From positions 14,797-78,796 of the forward strand of contig JAFTUG010000001.1 in assembly GCA_017466365.1 (NCBI GenBank): a stretch of DNA of 64,000 bases. Reading direction: 5' to 3'. The first letter of the stretch is position 1. Each line of letters opens with the position of its first letter. Below the pieces are notes generated by a model. It did not search any database and was not told the origin of the DNA. It was given only the letters and a program-made list of their open reading frames with translations. The DNA comes from Clostridia bacterium (lineage in GTDB: Bacteria; Bacillota; Clostridia; Oscillospirales; Acutalibacteraceae). Shown here piece by piece: positions 1 through 8,283 of this stretch. Made by a program: the position numbers and the translations under genes.

Positions 1-736
1 TAACCTTATATGGCTTTATGTAAACATTATCAAGAGTGCTGTCTGCAATAATGCCTGCAATTCTTGTGCCGTGTCCGTGGTCATCTTCGGAATTGTTTCT
101 GATGCCGGATGCACTCGTGTTGATTTTTGTAGGAATAATTCTTCCTTCGAGGAAAGGATGGTCGGAATCCACACCTGTATCAACAACCGCCACAACCGTG
201 TCCGATATTTTGGGTGCACTTTCAAGAATTGCTTTGTTGAATTTATCTATGCCGATATGTTCGGGACCCCATGAAAGATAACCGCCTGATTCATCGGCTG
301 CCATGGGAGTTACCTCGGGATCTGTCGGGTCGGTTGTCGCTATCACTTTGTCGACTTCTACATATTCAATTCCCGCTCTGGTTGAATAGTAATCATATGC
401 CTGTGAAGCATCATGGCTGTTTTCAAACTGCAGCACCCATAAATCCTCGTATCCGCTGATAACGGAAAGTGCATTGAATGTGTTGATTTTGTTTGCGCTT
501 TTTACGATTAGTCTTGCAGTTTCAAAGCCGTAGCATTCATCATCGCAGTCTGAAACGGCTTTGCCGGGAAGATTTTCGGACTCATCGGCCGATAAAATTA
601 AACCGCCGATTTCCTTGGCGAATTCCTCGGCGGTCAAATCCTCCGAGACATTTGTTTGAGTTACGGCATAAACGATGTTTCCGAGTGAACCGAAGGCTAT
701 CAAAAAGCCCAGAACCGCACATAAAAAATTTTTCAT
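1..736 (-). CDS. Secreted S8 (subtilisin-like) serine peptidase, 5' part only (runs off the window edge)
   Basis: Not in the ORF track because it is truncated. Manual minus-strand translation from ATG 736 (GGAGG RBS upstream) gives signal peptide MKNFLCAVLGFLIAFGSLG, a pro-region, then VAVVDTGVDSDHP (catalytic Asp) and DDHGHGTRIAGII (catalytic His). Confidence 0.85.
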   Translation of the reverse strand, partial: MKNFLCAVLGFLIAFGSLGNIVYAVTQTNVSEDLTAEEFAKEIGGLILSADESENLPGKAVSDCDDECYGFETARLIVKSANKINTFNALSVISGYEDLWVLQFENSHDASQAYDYYSTRAGIEYVEVDKVIATTDPTDPEVTPMAADESGGYLSWGPEHIGIDKFNKAILESAPKISDTVVAVVDTGVDSDHPFLEGRIIPTKINTSASGIRNNSEDDHGHGTRIAGIIADSTLDNVYIKPYKV

Positions 737-988
737 TATACTTCTCCTCCGTCGGATAACCTGATTTATCCGCTTTTTCACTTTTAACAGTAAAAGTGTT
801 CAATATAATAATACAACTATTTTTCCTAAAAAGCAACAGCTTTTTATGCAAAAACAACAAATTGTATAAACTTTTTTAACATATTCTATATAAAATATCC
901 ACGGAGATGCCTCGAATAAAAAGAATTTGCTTATTGAAATAGCAGAAATATTTTGTTATAATTTTAAAAAACAATCGGGAGGTTCGTT

Positions 989-1558
989 ATGCTTAAAGAT
1001 TTAGCTGTAAAAAGCAGGTCATACAGAAGATTTTATGAAGAAGAAAGCATCTCATATGATGTTTTGAAGGCGCTTGTTGATATTGCAAGATATGTTCCGT
1101 CAACAGTTAATTCCCAGCCCCTTAAGTTTAAGCTTGTTAATGACAGAACAGAAAACGAAAAGGTGTTTTCAACTCTTGCATGGGCAGGGCTTCTTAAGGA
1201 TTGGAGCGGACCCGAAAAAGGTGAACGTCCTGCGGCTTATATTATTATTCTCGGAGATTTGTCAATCGGAAAGAATAAGCATCTTGATGTAGGCATAACG
1301 GCACAGACTATAATGCTCGGTGCAGCCGATATGGGTCTCGGCGGATGCATGTTCGGCAGTATTCAAAGAGAAAAGCTTTCATCGCTTCTTGAGATTGATA
1401 CCGAAAAATATTCTGTAGAGCTTGTTCTTGCCTTGGGTAAGCCTAAAGAAGAGGTTTGTATTGTTCCTGTTCCTGAAAACGGCAGCACTGCGTATTACAG
1501 AGACGGAGAAGGCACGCATTATGTTCCCAAACGTTCTTTGAACGATTTGATTATCTGA
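989..1558 (+). CDS. Nitroreductase family protein
   Basis: RSYRRF, PSTVNSQP, DVGITAQTIMLGAADMGLGGC and ALGKP motifs; GGAGG RBS. Confidence 0.9.
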   Translation: MLKDLAVKSRSYRRFYEEESISYDVLKALVDIARYVPSTVNSQPLKFKLVNDRTENEKVFSTLAWAGLLKDWSGPEKGERPAAYIIILGDLSIGKNKHLDVGITAQTIMLGAADMGLGGCMFGSIQREKLSSLLEIDTEKYSVELVLALGKPKEEVCIVPVPENGSTAYYRDGEGTHYVPKRSLNDLII

Positions 1559-1563
1559 TTTTA

Positions 1564-1603
1564 TACGGTTTTGTGAAAAATTTCGCAAAACCGTAATTTT
1601 TTT
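1564..1603 (+). terminator. Rho-independent terminator after nitroreductase
   Basis: TACGGTTTTGTGAAA..TTTCGCAAAACCGTA hairpin followed by a T-run. Confidence 0.7.
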
Positions 1604-1613
1604 TAAAACATTT

Positions 1614-1652
1614 AGACCAAACCGTCTTTTTGTGCGTCATATAAGTGAAGGG
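1614..1652 (+). promoter_or_regulatory. Putative ECF-sigma promoter, copy 1 (AGAC-N17-CGTC)
   Basis: AGACCAAACCGTCTTTTTGTGCGTCATATAAGTGAAGGG, strongly similar to 6983-7022. AAC/CGTC-type elements are typical of ECF promoters. Confidence 0.6.
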
Positions 1653-1676
1653 ATTATTATGTCAGGAGAGGATATT

Positions 1677-1928
1677 ATGGAAAATTCATTTGTCAGAACA
1701 CTTGTAAACCTTGACGGTCTTCATTCTCTTGAGATATCTGTTGATAAGGAAAACAAAACCGTGATTGCTCATCTCATTGTGCCTGATGAAGCTCCGACTT
1801 TTATTTATGCGGAGAAGTTTGATGAACCCTGCAATTACATGAAAACGGCAATTAAAAAAGGAATTGTTTATTTAAGAGGCGAACAGTCCTCGGAAATCGG
1901 CAGACCCGAGATAAATAATATTCATTAA
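1677..1928 (+). CDS. Small hypothetical protein (83 aa)
   Basis: ORF 1632-1928. Start moved to ATG 1677, which follows a GGAGAGG RBS and lies downstream of the putative promoter. Confidence 0.6.
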   Translation: MENSFVRTLVNLDGLHSLEISVDKENKTVIAHLIVPDEAPTFIYAEKFDEPCNYMKTAIKKGIVYLRGEQSSEIGRPEINNIH

Positions 1929-1975
1929 CTTGAACAGAAGATTTATCGTTATATATGAACTCTCATTTTAAGTTA

Positions 1976-2004
1976 TTGACATGCTATATATATGGTAATA
2001 TAAT
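1976..2004 (+). promoter_or_regulatory. Consensus sigma-A promoter of the ECF sigma gene
   Basis: TTGACA-N17-TATAAT, a perfect match. Confidence 0.85.
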
Positions 2005-2036
2005 GTAATTACAGAAAAATAGAGGCGGGTATATTT

Positions 2037-3584
2037 ATGGATGCGGATAAGCAAAGAATTGCGGAATTGGTTCTTGAAATTCAAGGCGGTAACAGCAATG
2101 CATTTAATGAGCTTTATAAGCTTACAAGCTCAAGAGCATATTTTGTTGCTTTACAGATAACCAAAAACGAAGAAGATGCGCAGGATATTCTCCAGGATTG
2201 TTATATAAAGGCTCTTGAAAAAATAAATACACTCGATAAACCCGAAAGCTTTGTCAGTTGGTTTCATCAGATGGTTGCCAACAGAAGTAAGGATTTGCTT
2301 AAGAAAAAGAAGCCTTCGCTTTTTGAAGGCGGCGAAGATGAGGCGTTTGAAGTTATCCCTGATGAGGACGAAGCTTTTGTTCCTGAAAAAAATCTTGATC
2401 AAACTGAACTTCACGGCGCAATTATGGAGGCAATCGATGAGCTTTCGGAAGAAAACCGTGCCTGCGTTCTTATGATGTATTTCGAGGAAATGAGCGTTAA
2501 TGAAATTGCTCAAAGCCTTGAAGTGCCCGTAAGCACGGTTAAAAATCGTCTTTTTACGGCAAGAAAAGACCTCAAAAACAGCTTTGAAAAAAGAGGAATT
2601 ACTTCTGTATACAGTGCAGCACCCATCGGAGCGGTTATTTGGGCACTCACTCTTCTTTCGGATTCCGTATCAAAGACCTTTTCCGGAAGTGCGGCTTCAT
2701 CGCAGGTTCTTGCCGGTGTTACCGCAGCTACGGCGGGTACTGCCGCAACAGCAGCTGCAGGAGGTGCAGCGGCGGCGGGTACGGGAATTGCGGCAAAGGT
2801 TGCAGCTTTTACCGTTGCTCAAAAGGTTATTGCGGGCATAGCTGTTGCAGGTGTTGTAACAGGCTCTGCAGTAGGAGTTACAACGGTTATAAAGAACAAT
2901 CGAGAAAACGAAACAACTGCCGCACCGACATATATTGAGGAGGTTACAACCTCTCCGATAACAGCCGAGATGGTTTTTGCAACAGTTTCGGAAACCGAAA
3001 CCTCGCAGACAGATGTTTCTTCATCGGCGGTTACCGAGAGAACTGCTTTAACAACAAAAAAAGAGCCGACGGCAACAACCGCAAGACACACAACACAGAA
3101 ACAAACAAGAACAGAGCCTTCAACAGTCGGTTCTACAAAGAAAACACGTCCCTCAACAACACGCAGAGATTATTCTCTTGATTATACAAAGGCAACAACT
3201 TCCGTTCCTTCAACGGCTGCGGTTACAACAACGCAAAAAACAACTGCCGCAAAGACAACAACTACCCGTGAAGAAACAACCGAGAAGGAAACGGAGCGTA
3301 CAACGAAAGCAACAACCGCAGCAACTACTGCGAAAGCTACTACTACCGAAGCAACCACTACTGAGCCGCAGGTTGCAACTCTTGTGATTGATATTATCAA
3401 CTATGATGATGAGGTTGAGGATACCTTGATCTTGGAAATTCCTGCAGGAACAACAATGTCATGGGATTATCTTATGGAGCTTGTGCGTTCAAACGGTTAT
3501 GAAGCGGAATCGGGTGTTTACGGCGATGCACGCGATACTCAAGCCGTTGCAGGCGAAACCTACAGCTTCCGAGCAGAATTATAA
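2037..3584 (+). CDS. ECF sigma-70 factor fused to an Ala/Gly-rich region, transmembrane segment, Thr-rich linker and small C-terminal domain
   Basis: Region 2 (AFNELY..EDAQDILQDCY..FVSWFHQMVANR) and region 4 (LSEENRACVLMMYFEEMSVNEIAQSLEVPVSTVKNRLFTARKDL). These are followed by hydrophobic VIAGIAVAGVVTGSAVGVTTVI and about 150 aa rich in T/E/K. Confidence 0.9.
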   Translation: MDADKQRIAELVLEIQGGNSNAFNELYKLTSSRAYFVALQITKNEEDAQDILQDCYIKALEKINTLDKPESFVSWFHQMVANRSKDLLKKKKPSLFEGGEDEAFEVIPDEDEAFVPEKNLDQTELHGAIMEAIDELSEENRACVLMMYFEEMSVNEIAQSLEVPVSTVKNRLFTARKDLKNSFEKRGITSVYSAAPIGAVIWALTLLSDSVSKTFSGSAASSQVLAGVTAATAGTAATAAAGGAAAAGTGIAAKVAAFTVAQKVIAGIAVAGVVTGSAVGVTTVIKNNRENETTAAPTYIEEVTTSPITAEMVFATVSETETSQTDVSSSAVTERTALTTKKEPTATTARHTTQKQTRTEPSTVGSTKKTRPSTTRRDYSLDYTKATTSVPSTAAVTTTQKTTAAKTTTTREETTEKETERTTKATTAATTAKATTTEATTTEPQVATLVIDIINYDDEVEDTLILEIPAGTTMSWDYLMELVRSNGYEAESGVYGDARDTQAVAGETYSFRAEL

Positions 3585-3599
3585 ACGGAGGAGAACGTA

Positions 3600-6500
3600 A
3601 TGAAAAAAACATTTTTTAAAATAATATCACTTATTCTTGCATTTACAATGGTTATCGGTCTTGCTGCCGCAGGTATATCGGGCGCTGATTTTGGCGTGAG
3701 AGCGCAGGCTGTTCAGGAGAGAGAATATAACCTTGAAATTGTAACTAAATTTTTCAGATATGATGAATATTATGATAATTATATTGAAACAATGCGTATA
3801 GCACCGGGCGACAGGGTAAAAGCAAGGGTGTTTGTTTCAACGGACTATCCTACCGCTAACGGTGAAATGATTTTCTTTTTCAATAATGAATTTTTTCTCC
3901 ATGATTATTCCTACTCCGAGGTCTCGGAGGCTGTTTTTAACGATAGTCCGACAAGCTCGGCAAATATCAATCAGGCAAGCGGAAATATGATTGCTCTGAA
4001 CTATGGCTCATTTATTATTGAGGATCTTCTTTATGATGGATATATCAGTGAGGAGTTTGCACAAATCCATGATGCTTTTGCCATAAATTTCAACTTCGGA
4101 ACAAGAGTGTGCAACCAAATTGAATCGGACGAATGGTTTGCAGAGTTTGATTTGTTCGTCAGGGAAGATGTAACATCTGATATGTACGGATGTTTTTTTG
4201 CAGAGAAATCGACTGCTGCCACTCCCGACGCCCCTTGGGGATATATAAATGTTCCCGTAGGTGAATACGGCGGAAGACCGTCTGATATGGTTAATATGTG
4301 GGACTGCTTCGTTAACTGCAATTTTATCAGTGATCCTGTTGTAACAACCGGCACAATAACATTCAGTGCAGACGGAGGTAAATTTGTAAACGGCGAATTG
4401 GAAATTCAGCTGGAAGGCGTTATAGGCGAGGTTGCGGACTTTAACTTTTCCACTCCTGCTCGTGACGGATATTATTTTAACGGTTGGATTGATCGGAATA
4501 CAGGAAATCCCGTGGAGCTTGACAGAGAAGCCCTCACCTTCGGTTATGAAGATAAGGTTTATGTTCCGATTTATGAAGAACCTATAAATAAGTATGTTAC
4601 AGAGCTTTATTTTCAGGATGTGAGCGGTGAATATCCCGAAATGCCGGATAGAATTATGGCTTTTGAGGGAATTTCCGGAGATATTGTGTTCTATCAGCCT
4701 GAAGAGTTTGAGGGCTATGAGTTTAATCCTGATTTAAGTCTGATTGAGGCTGAACTTAAACGTGACGGCTCAACGGTATTAAGAGCTTATTACAGCCGAG
4801 AGAAATATGAAGTATCTTTTATTGACCATTCAGGTTCTTTTGACGAATATCCGCTTGTAAGAACATATTATTACGGAGGTTTGGTTGAAGAGCCCGCTGA
4901 TCCCACAATGAAGGGTTATAAGTTTGAGGGCTGGTTTGATGAAAACGGCAACAAAGTTTCTTTCCCCTTTGAAATGCCTGCAGAGCATATCAGTTTAACA
5001 TCAGAATGGACTGAAATTATAATTCCGGAATATAAGGTAACTTGGTACAGATATGCGGAAGAAGTTTTAAAGGTTCAAAGCTATAAAGCGGGTGATGAGA
5101 TTGTTTGCCCCGACATTCCCGATATGGAAGGAATGACCTTCATCGGTTGGGCAGATTCAAACGGAAACATTAATAGCCTTCCCGATAAAATGCCTGAAGA
5201 GAATCTTGCTTTCTATGCAGTTTTCGAGATTAATAAGCATAAAGTTATGTTTGTTTCTGACGGAAAAACAGTATTTGAGCATGAAGATGTGCCGTTCGGC
5301 AGTGAGATACCCGTTCCCGAACCCATAAAGAAGGATGGGTTTATATTTGACGGCTGGACACCTGAAATTCCTGCCTACATGCCCGATGAAGATGTTGTTT
5401 TCCACGCAAAATGGATTCCCGATAATTACACGGTAACGTATGTTGACGGTGAAAATGTTATTGAAGAAAGAAGCATGGCATACGGTCAGCAGCTTGAACT
5501 TATTGAAGCTGCTCCCAAAGCAGGGTATATTTTTGCAGGCTGGTCATATAACGGTGAGCTTATCAATGAACAGTTCAAGATGCCTGATTGCGACATAACT
5601 CTTGAGGCTGTATGGGCTGTTCGAACAGATGTTTCTTACCGTGTTGAAAAATATTATATGAATGCTCAAGGTGAATATGAGCTGATTGAAGAAACAAGAT
5701 ACGGAACGGCATATGAATGGGTTGAAGTTGTTCCCAATGTTGAGGAAGGCTTTTATGTTGATGTTGCCGAATCTGTTATGACAGGCGTTATTGACCCCGA
5801 AAATGAGCTTGTTTTGAAAATATATTACAATAGAAACAGCTATTCCGTTACCTATTATTCTGACGGTCAAGAAGTTGATGCTTTTGAAAATGTTCTTTAC
5901 GGTGCAGAAATACCCGTTTCGGATATTCCTCAAAAATACGGATTTATTTTTGTAGGCTGGTCACCTGAGATCCCCGCTTGCATGCCTGATAGCGATATTG
6001 AATTCCATGCGGTATGGGAGGCTGAAAGTTATAAAATAACTTATAATATCGGCTCCGAAACAGTTGAACATGTATATAAATACGGTGAAAAAATTGATTC
6101 GGATATTAACATTCCCGAAGGATATGAGTTTATAAAGTGGGTTGATGAAAACGGTAACAATGCCGCTATACCCGAAACAATGCCTGCCCAAAATATTGTT
6201 CTCACCGCAAAACTGAAGGGTGTACGCCAAAACAGCATATTTGATGTTTCTTCGTCATTTGATGATGACTGTTTCGGCTCGGAAACCGAAAAGGTTATTA
6301 TGAAGGTGGATGAAACAAGCGGTGAAACCGATAAGGGTTCGGTTTATGTAACTGGCGGTGTTAACCATCATCAGGTAGCTTCCTACAGAATAAAAATGGT
6401 TATCGTTGAGGGTGAGAACGAAAGAATAAAACAGCCTGAAAACGGTAAAACGGTAACAATCAGAGTTCCGATTCCGGAGGGCTGCACGGAACATGACAGC

Positions 6501-6902
6501 TTCAAAATTGTTCACCGCTTTGCAGGCGGAGGACGCGAAGTTCTTACTGCAACAGCCAAAAACGGATATCTTGAGTTCGTAACGGGCAAATTCAGCATAT
6601 TTGAAATTTATGTAGCGGCAAGACTGACTCTTTCCGAGAAACCCGATAATACAGAAGTAATATATAAAGGAAGTCTCAATCTTGACGGAATTGAATTAAC
6701 CTATAAAAATCCCGACGGTACAACACAGACAGTTACCGACCCTTCAAAGATGACGGTTAAAGGCTTTGATTCATCAAAAATCGGAACACAGACCGTATCT
6801 GTTGAATATGCAGGCGAATCGGTACAGTTCGATGTGAACGTAAGCTATGCCTGGTGGCAGTGGATAATCAGAATTTTACTGCTCGGATTTATTTGGTATT
6901 AA
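3600..6902 (+). CDS. Large secreted surface protein with InlB B-type (Flg_new) repeats, MucBP-like and Ig-like domains and a Trp-rich C-terminal tail
   Basis: Signal peptide, repeated K.GY.F.GW..MP..D....A.W units, VKGFDSSKIGTQTVSVEY (Big_3-like), ending SYAWWQWIIRILLLGFIWY. Confidence 0.85.
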   Translation: MKKTFFKIISLILAFTMVIGLAAAGISGADFGVRAQAVQEREYNLEIVTKFFRYDEYYDNYIETMRIAPGDRVKARVFVSTDYPTANGEMIFFFNNEFFLHDYSYSEVSEAVFNDSPTSSANINQASGNMIALNYGSFIIEDLLYDGYISEEFAQIHDAFAINFNFGTRVCNQIESDEWFAEFDLFVREDVTSDMYGCFFAEKSTAATPDAPWGYINVPVGEYGGRPSDMVNMWDCFVNCNFISDPVVTTGTITFSADGGKFVNGELEIQLEGVIGEVADFNFSTPARDGYYFNGWIDRNTGNPVELDREALTFGYEDKVYVPIYEEPINKYVTELYFQDVSGEYPEMPDRIMAFEGISGDIVFYQPEEFEGYEFNPDLSLIEAELKRDGSTVLRAYYSREKYEVSFIDHSGSFDEYPLVRTYYYGGLVEEPADPTMKGYKFEGWFDENGNKVSFPFEMPAEHISLTSEWTEIIIPEYKVTWYRYAEEVLKVQSYKAGDEIVCPDIPDMEGMTFIGWADSNGNINSLPDKMPEENLAFYAVFEINKHKVMFVSDGKTVFEHEDVPFGSEIPVPEPIKKDGFIFDGWTPEIPAYMPDEDVVFHAKWIPDNYTVTYVDGENVIEERSMAYGQQLELIEAAPKAGYIFAGWSYNGELINEQFKMPDCDITLEAVWAVRTDVSYRVEKYYMNAQGEYELIEETRYGTAYEWVEVVPNVEEGFYVDVAESVMTGVIDPENELVLKIYYNRNSYSVTYYSDGQEVDAFENVLYGAEIPVSDIPQKYGFIFVGWSPEIPACMPDSDIEFHAVWEAESYKITYNIGSETVEHVYKYGEKIDSDINIPEGYEFIKWVDENGNNAAIPETMPAQNIVLTAKLKGVRQNSIFDVSSSFDDDCFGSETEKVIMKVDETSGETDKGSVYVTGGVNHHQVASYRIKMVIVEGENERIKQPENGKTVTIRVPIPEGCTEHDSFKIVHRFAGGGREVLTATAKNGYLEFVTGKFSIFEIYVAARLTLSEKPDNTEVIYKGSLNLDGIELTYKNPDGTTQTVTDPSKMTVKGFDSSKIGTQTVSVEYAGESVQFDVNVSYAWWQWIIRILLLGFIWY

Positions 6903-6903
6903 C

Positions 6904-6941
6904 AGCAAAAGAGCAGTCGAATACGGCTGCTCTTTGCTTTT
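6904..6941 (+). terminator. Rho-independent terminator
   Basis: AGCAAAAGAGCAGTCG-AATA-CGGCTGCTCTTTGCT followed by TTT. Confidence 0.8.
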
Positions 6942-6982
6942 AGAAAAATTTTGAAATTTTTTAAATTTTTTTGAAATTTCGC

Positions 6983-7022
6983 AAACCAATCGGCATATTA
7001 AGTCGTCTTATAAGTGAAAGGG
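6983..7022 (+). promoter_or_regulatory. Putative ECF-sigma promoter, copy 2 (AAAC-N17-CGTC)
   Basis: AAACCAATCGGCATATTAAGTCGTCTTATAAGTGAAAGGG; lies after a terminator and before the GGAGG RBS of 7054. Confidence 0.65.
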
Positions 7023-7053
7023 CAAAAAATGCCCGTTAAGGAGGTAAAATAAC

Positions 7054-8253
7054 ATGAAAAGAACAAAGACAATTATCGCTTTAATTCTTGCTCTCTTAAT
7101 GTCGCTCGGCTGCGTTTCTGCGTTTGCCGCAGAGGGCACGGAAATCAAGTGGAAGGCGTTTGACGATGAAGGTGTCGAGGTGTGCACCCGTCTCGCAGAC
7201 CTTTCCGTGGGAACAAATACCGTTGCTATTTCAGATAACGGACTGTATTATTTTGATATTTCAGACCTTGAAAACGGATATTATATTCTCGAAATAACCG
7301 ATAATGTTTTTGACGGTATTGTTATTCCCGAGAAGAAGGACGGCATATATGAGGGCTGGGGAAAAGGAAATGCAGAGTACATCACCTCCGACTATATGAT
7401 TTTTCACATTGAAGAATCGGATGATGTTATGATTGCCTTGGCTTACGGTAAATCCGAAGCCGTGGTTCTTGAACTTGAATACTGCGGCGAGGAAATAACC
7501 TCAATTGACTTCAGCGGCGAAAACTATGATGAGCTTATACTTTACTACGATATCAGCGAATACTACCTTGACGGCGAATATCTTGTAAAGCTTGATGCCG
7601 ATGTTAATTTTTCAAACGGTAAAACAATCGAATTGAATGATGAATATTTTTATTTTACAGCCGATGAGGAGCTTAAGTCAGGCGAAAACACCGTTAAGTT
7701 TAAATTTGCTGATTACGAACAAGAAGAGATACTTAATGTTTCTTTAATTACGGATTATATCTCCGATGTTGATATTGAGTTTAAAAATGACAGCCCCATA
7801 TATGTTTATTATGACGGAAGAGAAGACATCGGAAGCCTTGATTATAAAATCATTGTTACATTTGCTGACGGAACAAAGCAGACCTATGATGACGGATACT
7901 CTGCTGATGTAACGCTTTCAAACGGCAGAAAAGTTGAGGTTTTTTGCGGATTTTCATTTTCGGAAGAAAACTCCGATGTATATATCACCATTTCTGTTGG
8001 CGACTATGAATTCGGAAAAGTGAAATGTAAAATCGAAAAAACTTCTCTTCCCGATAACATAAAACTGTTTCGTGAAAACATGGAATGGCATGCATATGAT
8101 ATAAAAAGTGTTTTTGATTGTTTTGTAAGCGAATTGAAGGGTGGCAATATCGAAAATATTTCCGAAGCCTTCAGTCTTTTGACAGTTGATATTTTATGGT
8201 ATATCGAAACTGTTTATGAAGAAGTGATCAACTTTATAAAGTTTATGTTTTAA
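7054..8253 (+). CDS. Secreted acidic Tyr-rich hypothetical protein, paralog 1
   Basis: Signal peptide ending SAFA; shares motifs EY.G.EIT.I, F..GK, GEN.V, YYDG, VT[FY].DG and L.NG with 8284 and 9488; amphipathic C-terminus. Confidence 0.85.
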   Translation: MKRTKTIIALILALLMSLGCVSAFAAEGTEIKWKAFDDEGVEVCTRLADLSVGTNTVAISDNGLYYFDISDLENGYYILEITDNVFDGIVIPEKKDGIYEGWGKGNAEYITSDYMIFHIEESDDVMIALAYGKSEAVVLELEYCGEEITSIDFSGENYDELILYYDISEYYLDGEYLVKLDADVNFSNGKTIELNDEYFYFTADEELKSGENTVKFKFADYEQEEILNVSLITDYISDVDIEFKNDSPIYVYYDGREDIGSLDYKIIVTFADGTKQTYDDGYSADVTLSNGRKVEVFCGFSFSEENSDVYITISVGDYEFGKVKCKIEKTSLPDNIKLFRENMEWHAYDIKSVFDCFVSELKGGNIENISEAFSLLTVDILWYIETVYEEVINFIKFMF

Positions 8254-8283
8254 TTTATTTGTTCTGTTTAAGGAGGAAAAATT

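Noticed and set aside
16-860. Short ORFs listed at the window start
   Set aside because: They are shadows of the truncated minus-strand S8 peptidase gene.
2900-3365. ACA/ACN-rich quasi-repeats as a CRISPR or tandem DNA array
   Set aside because: Explained by Thr codons of the sigma linker; there are no fixed-length repeats or spacers.
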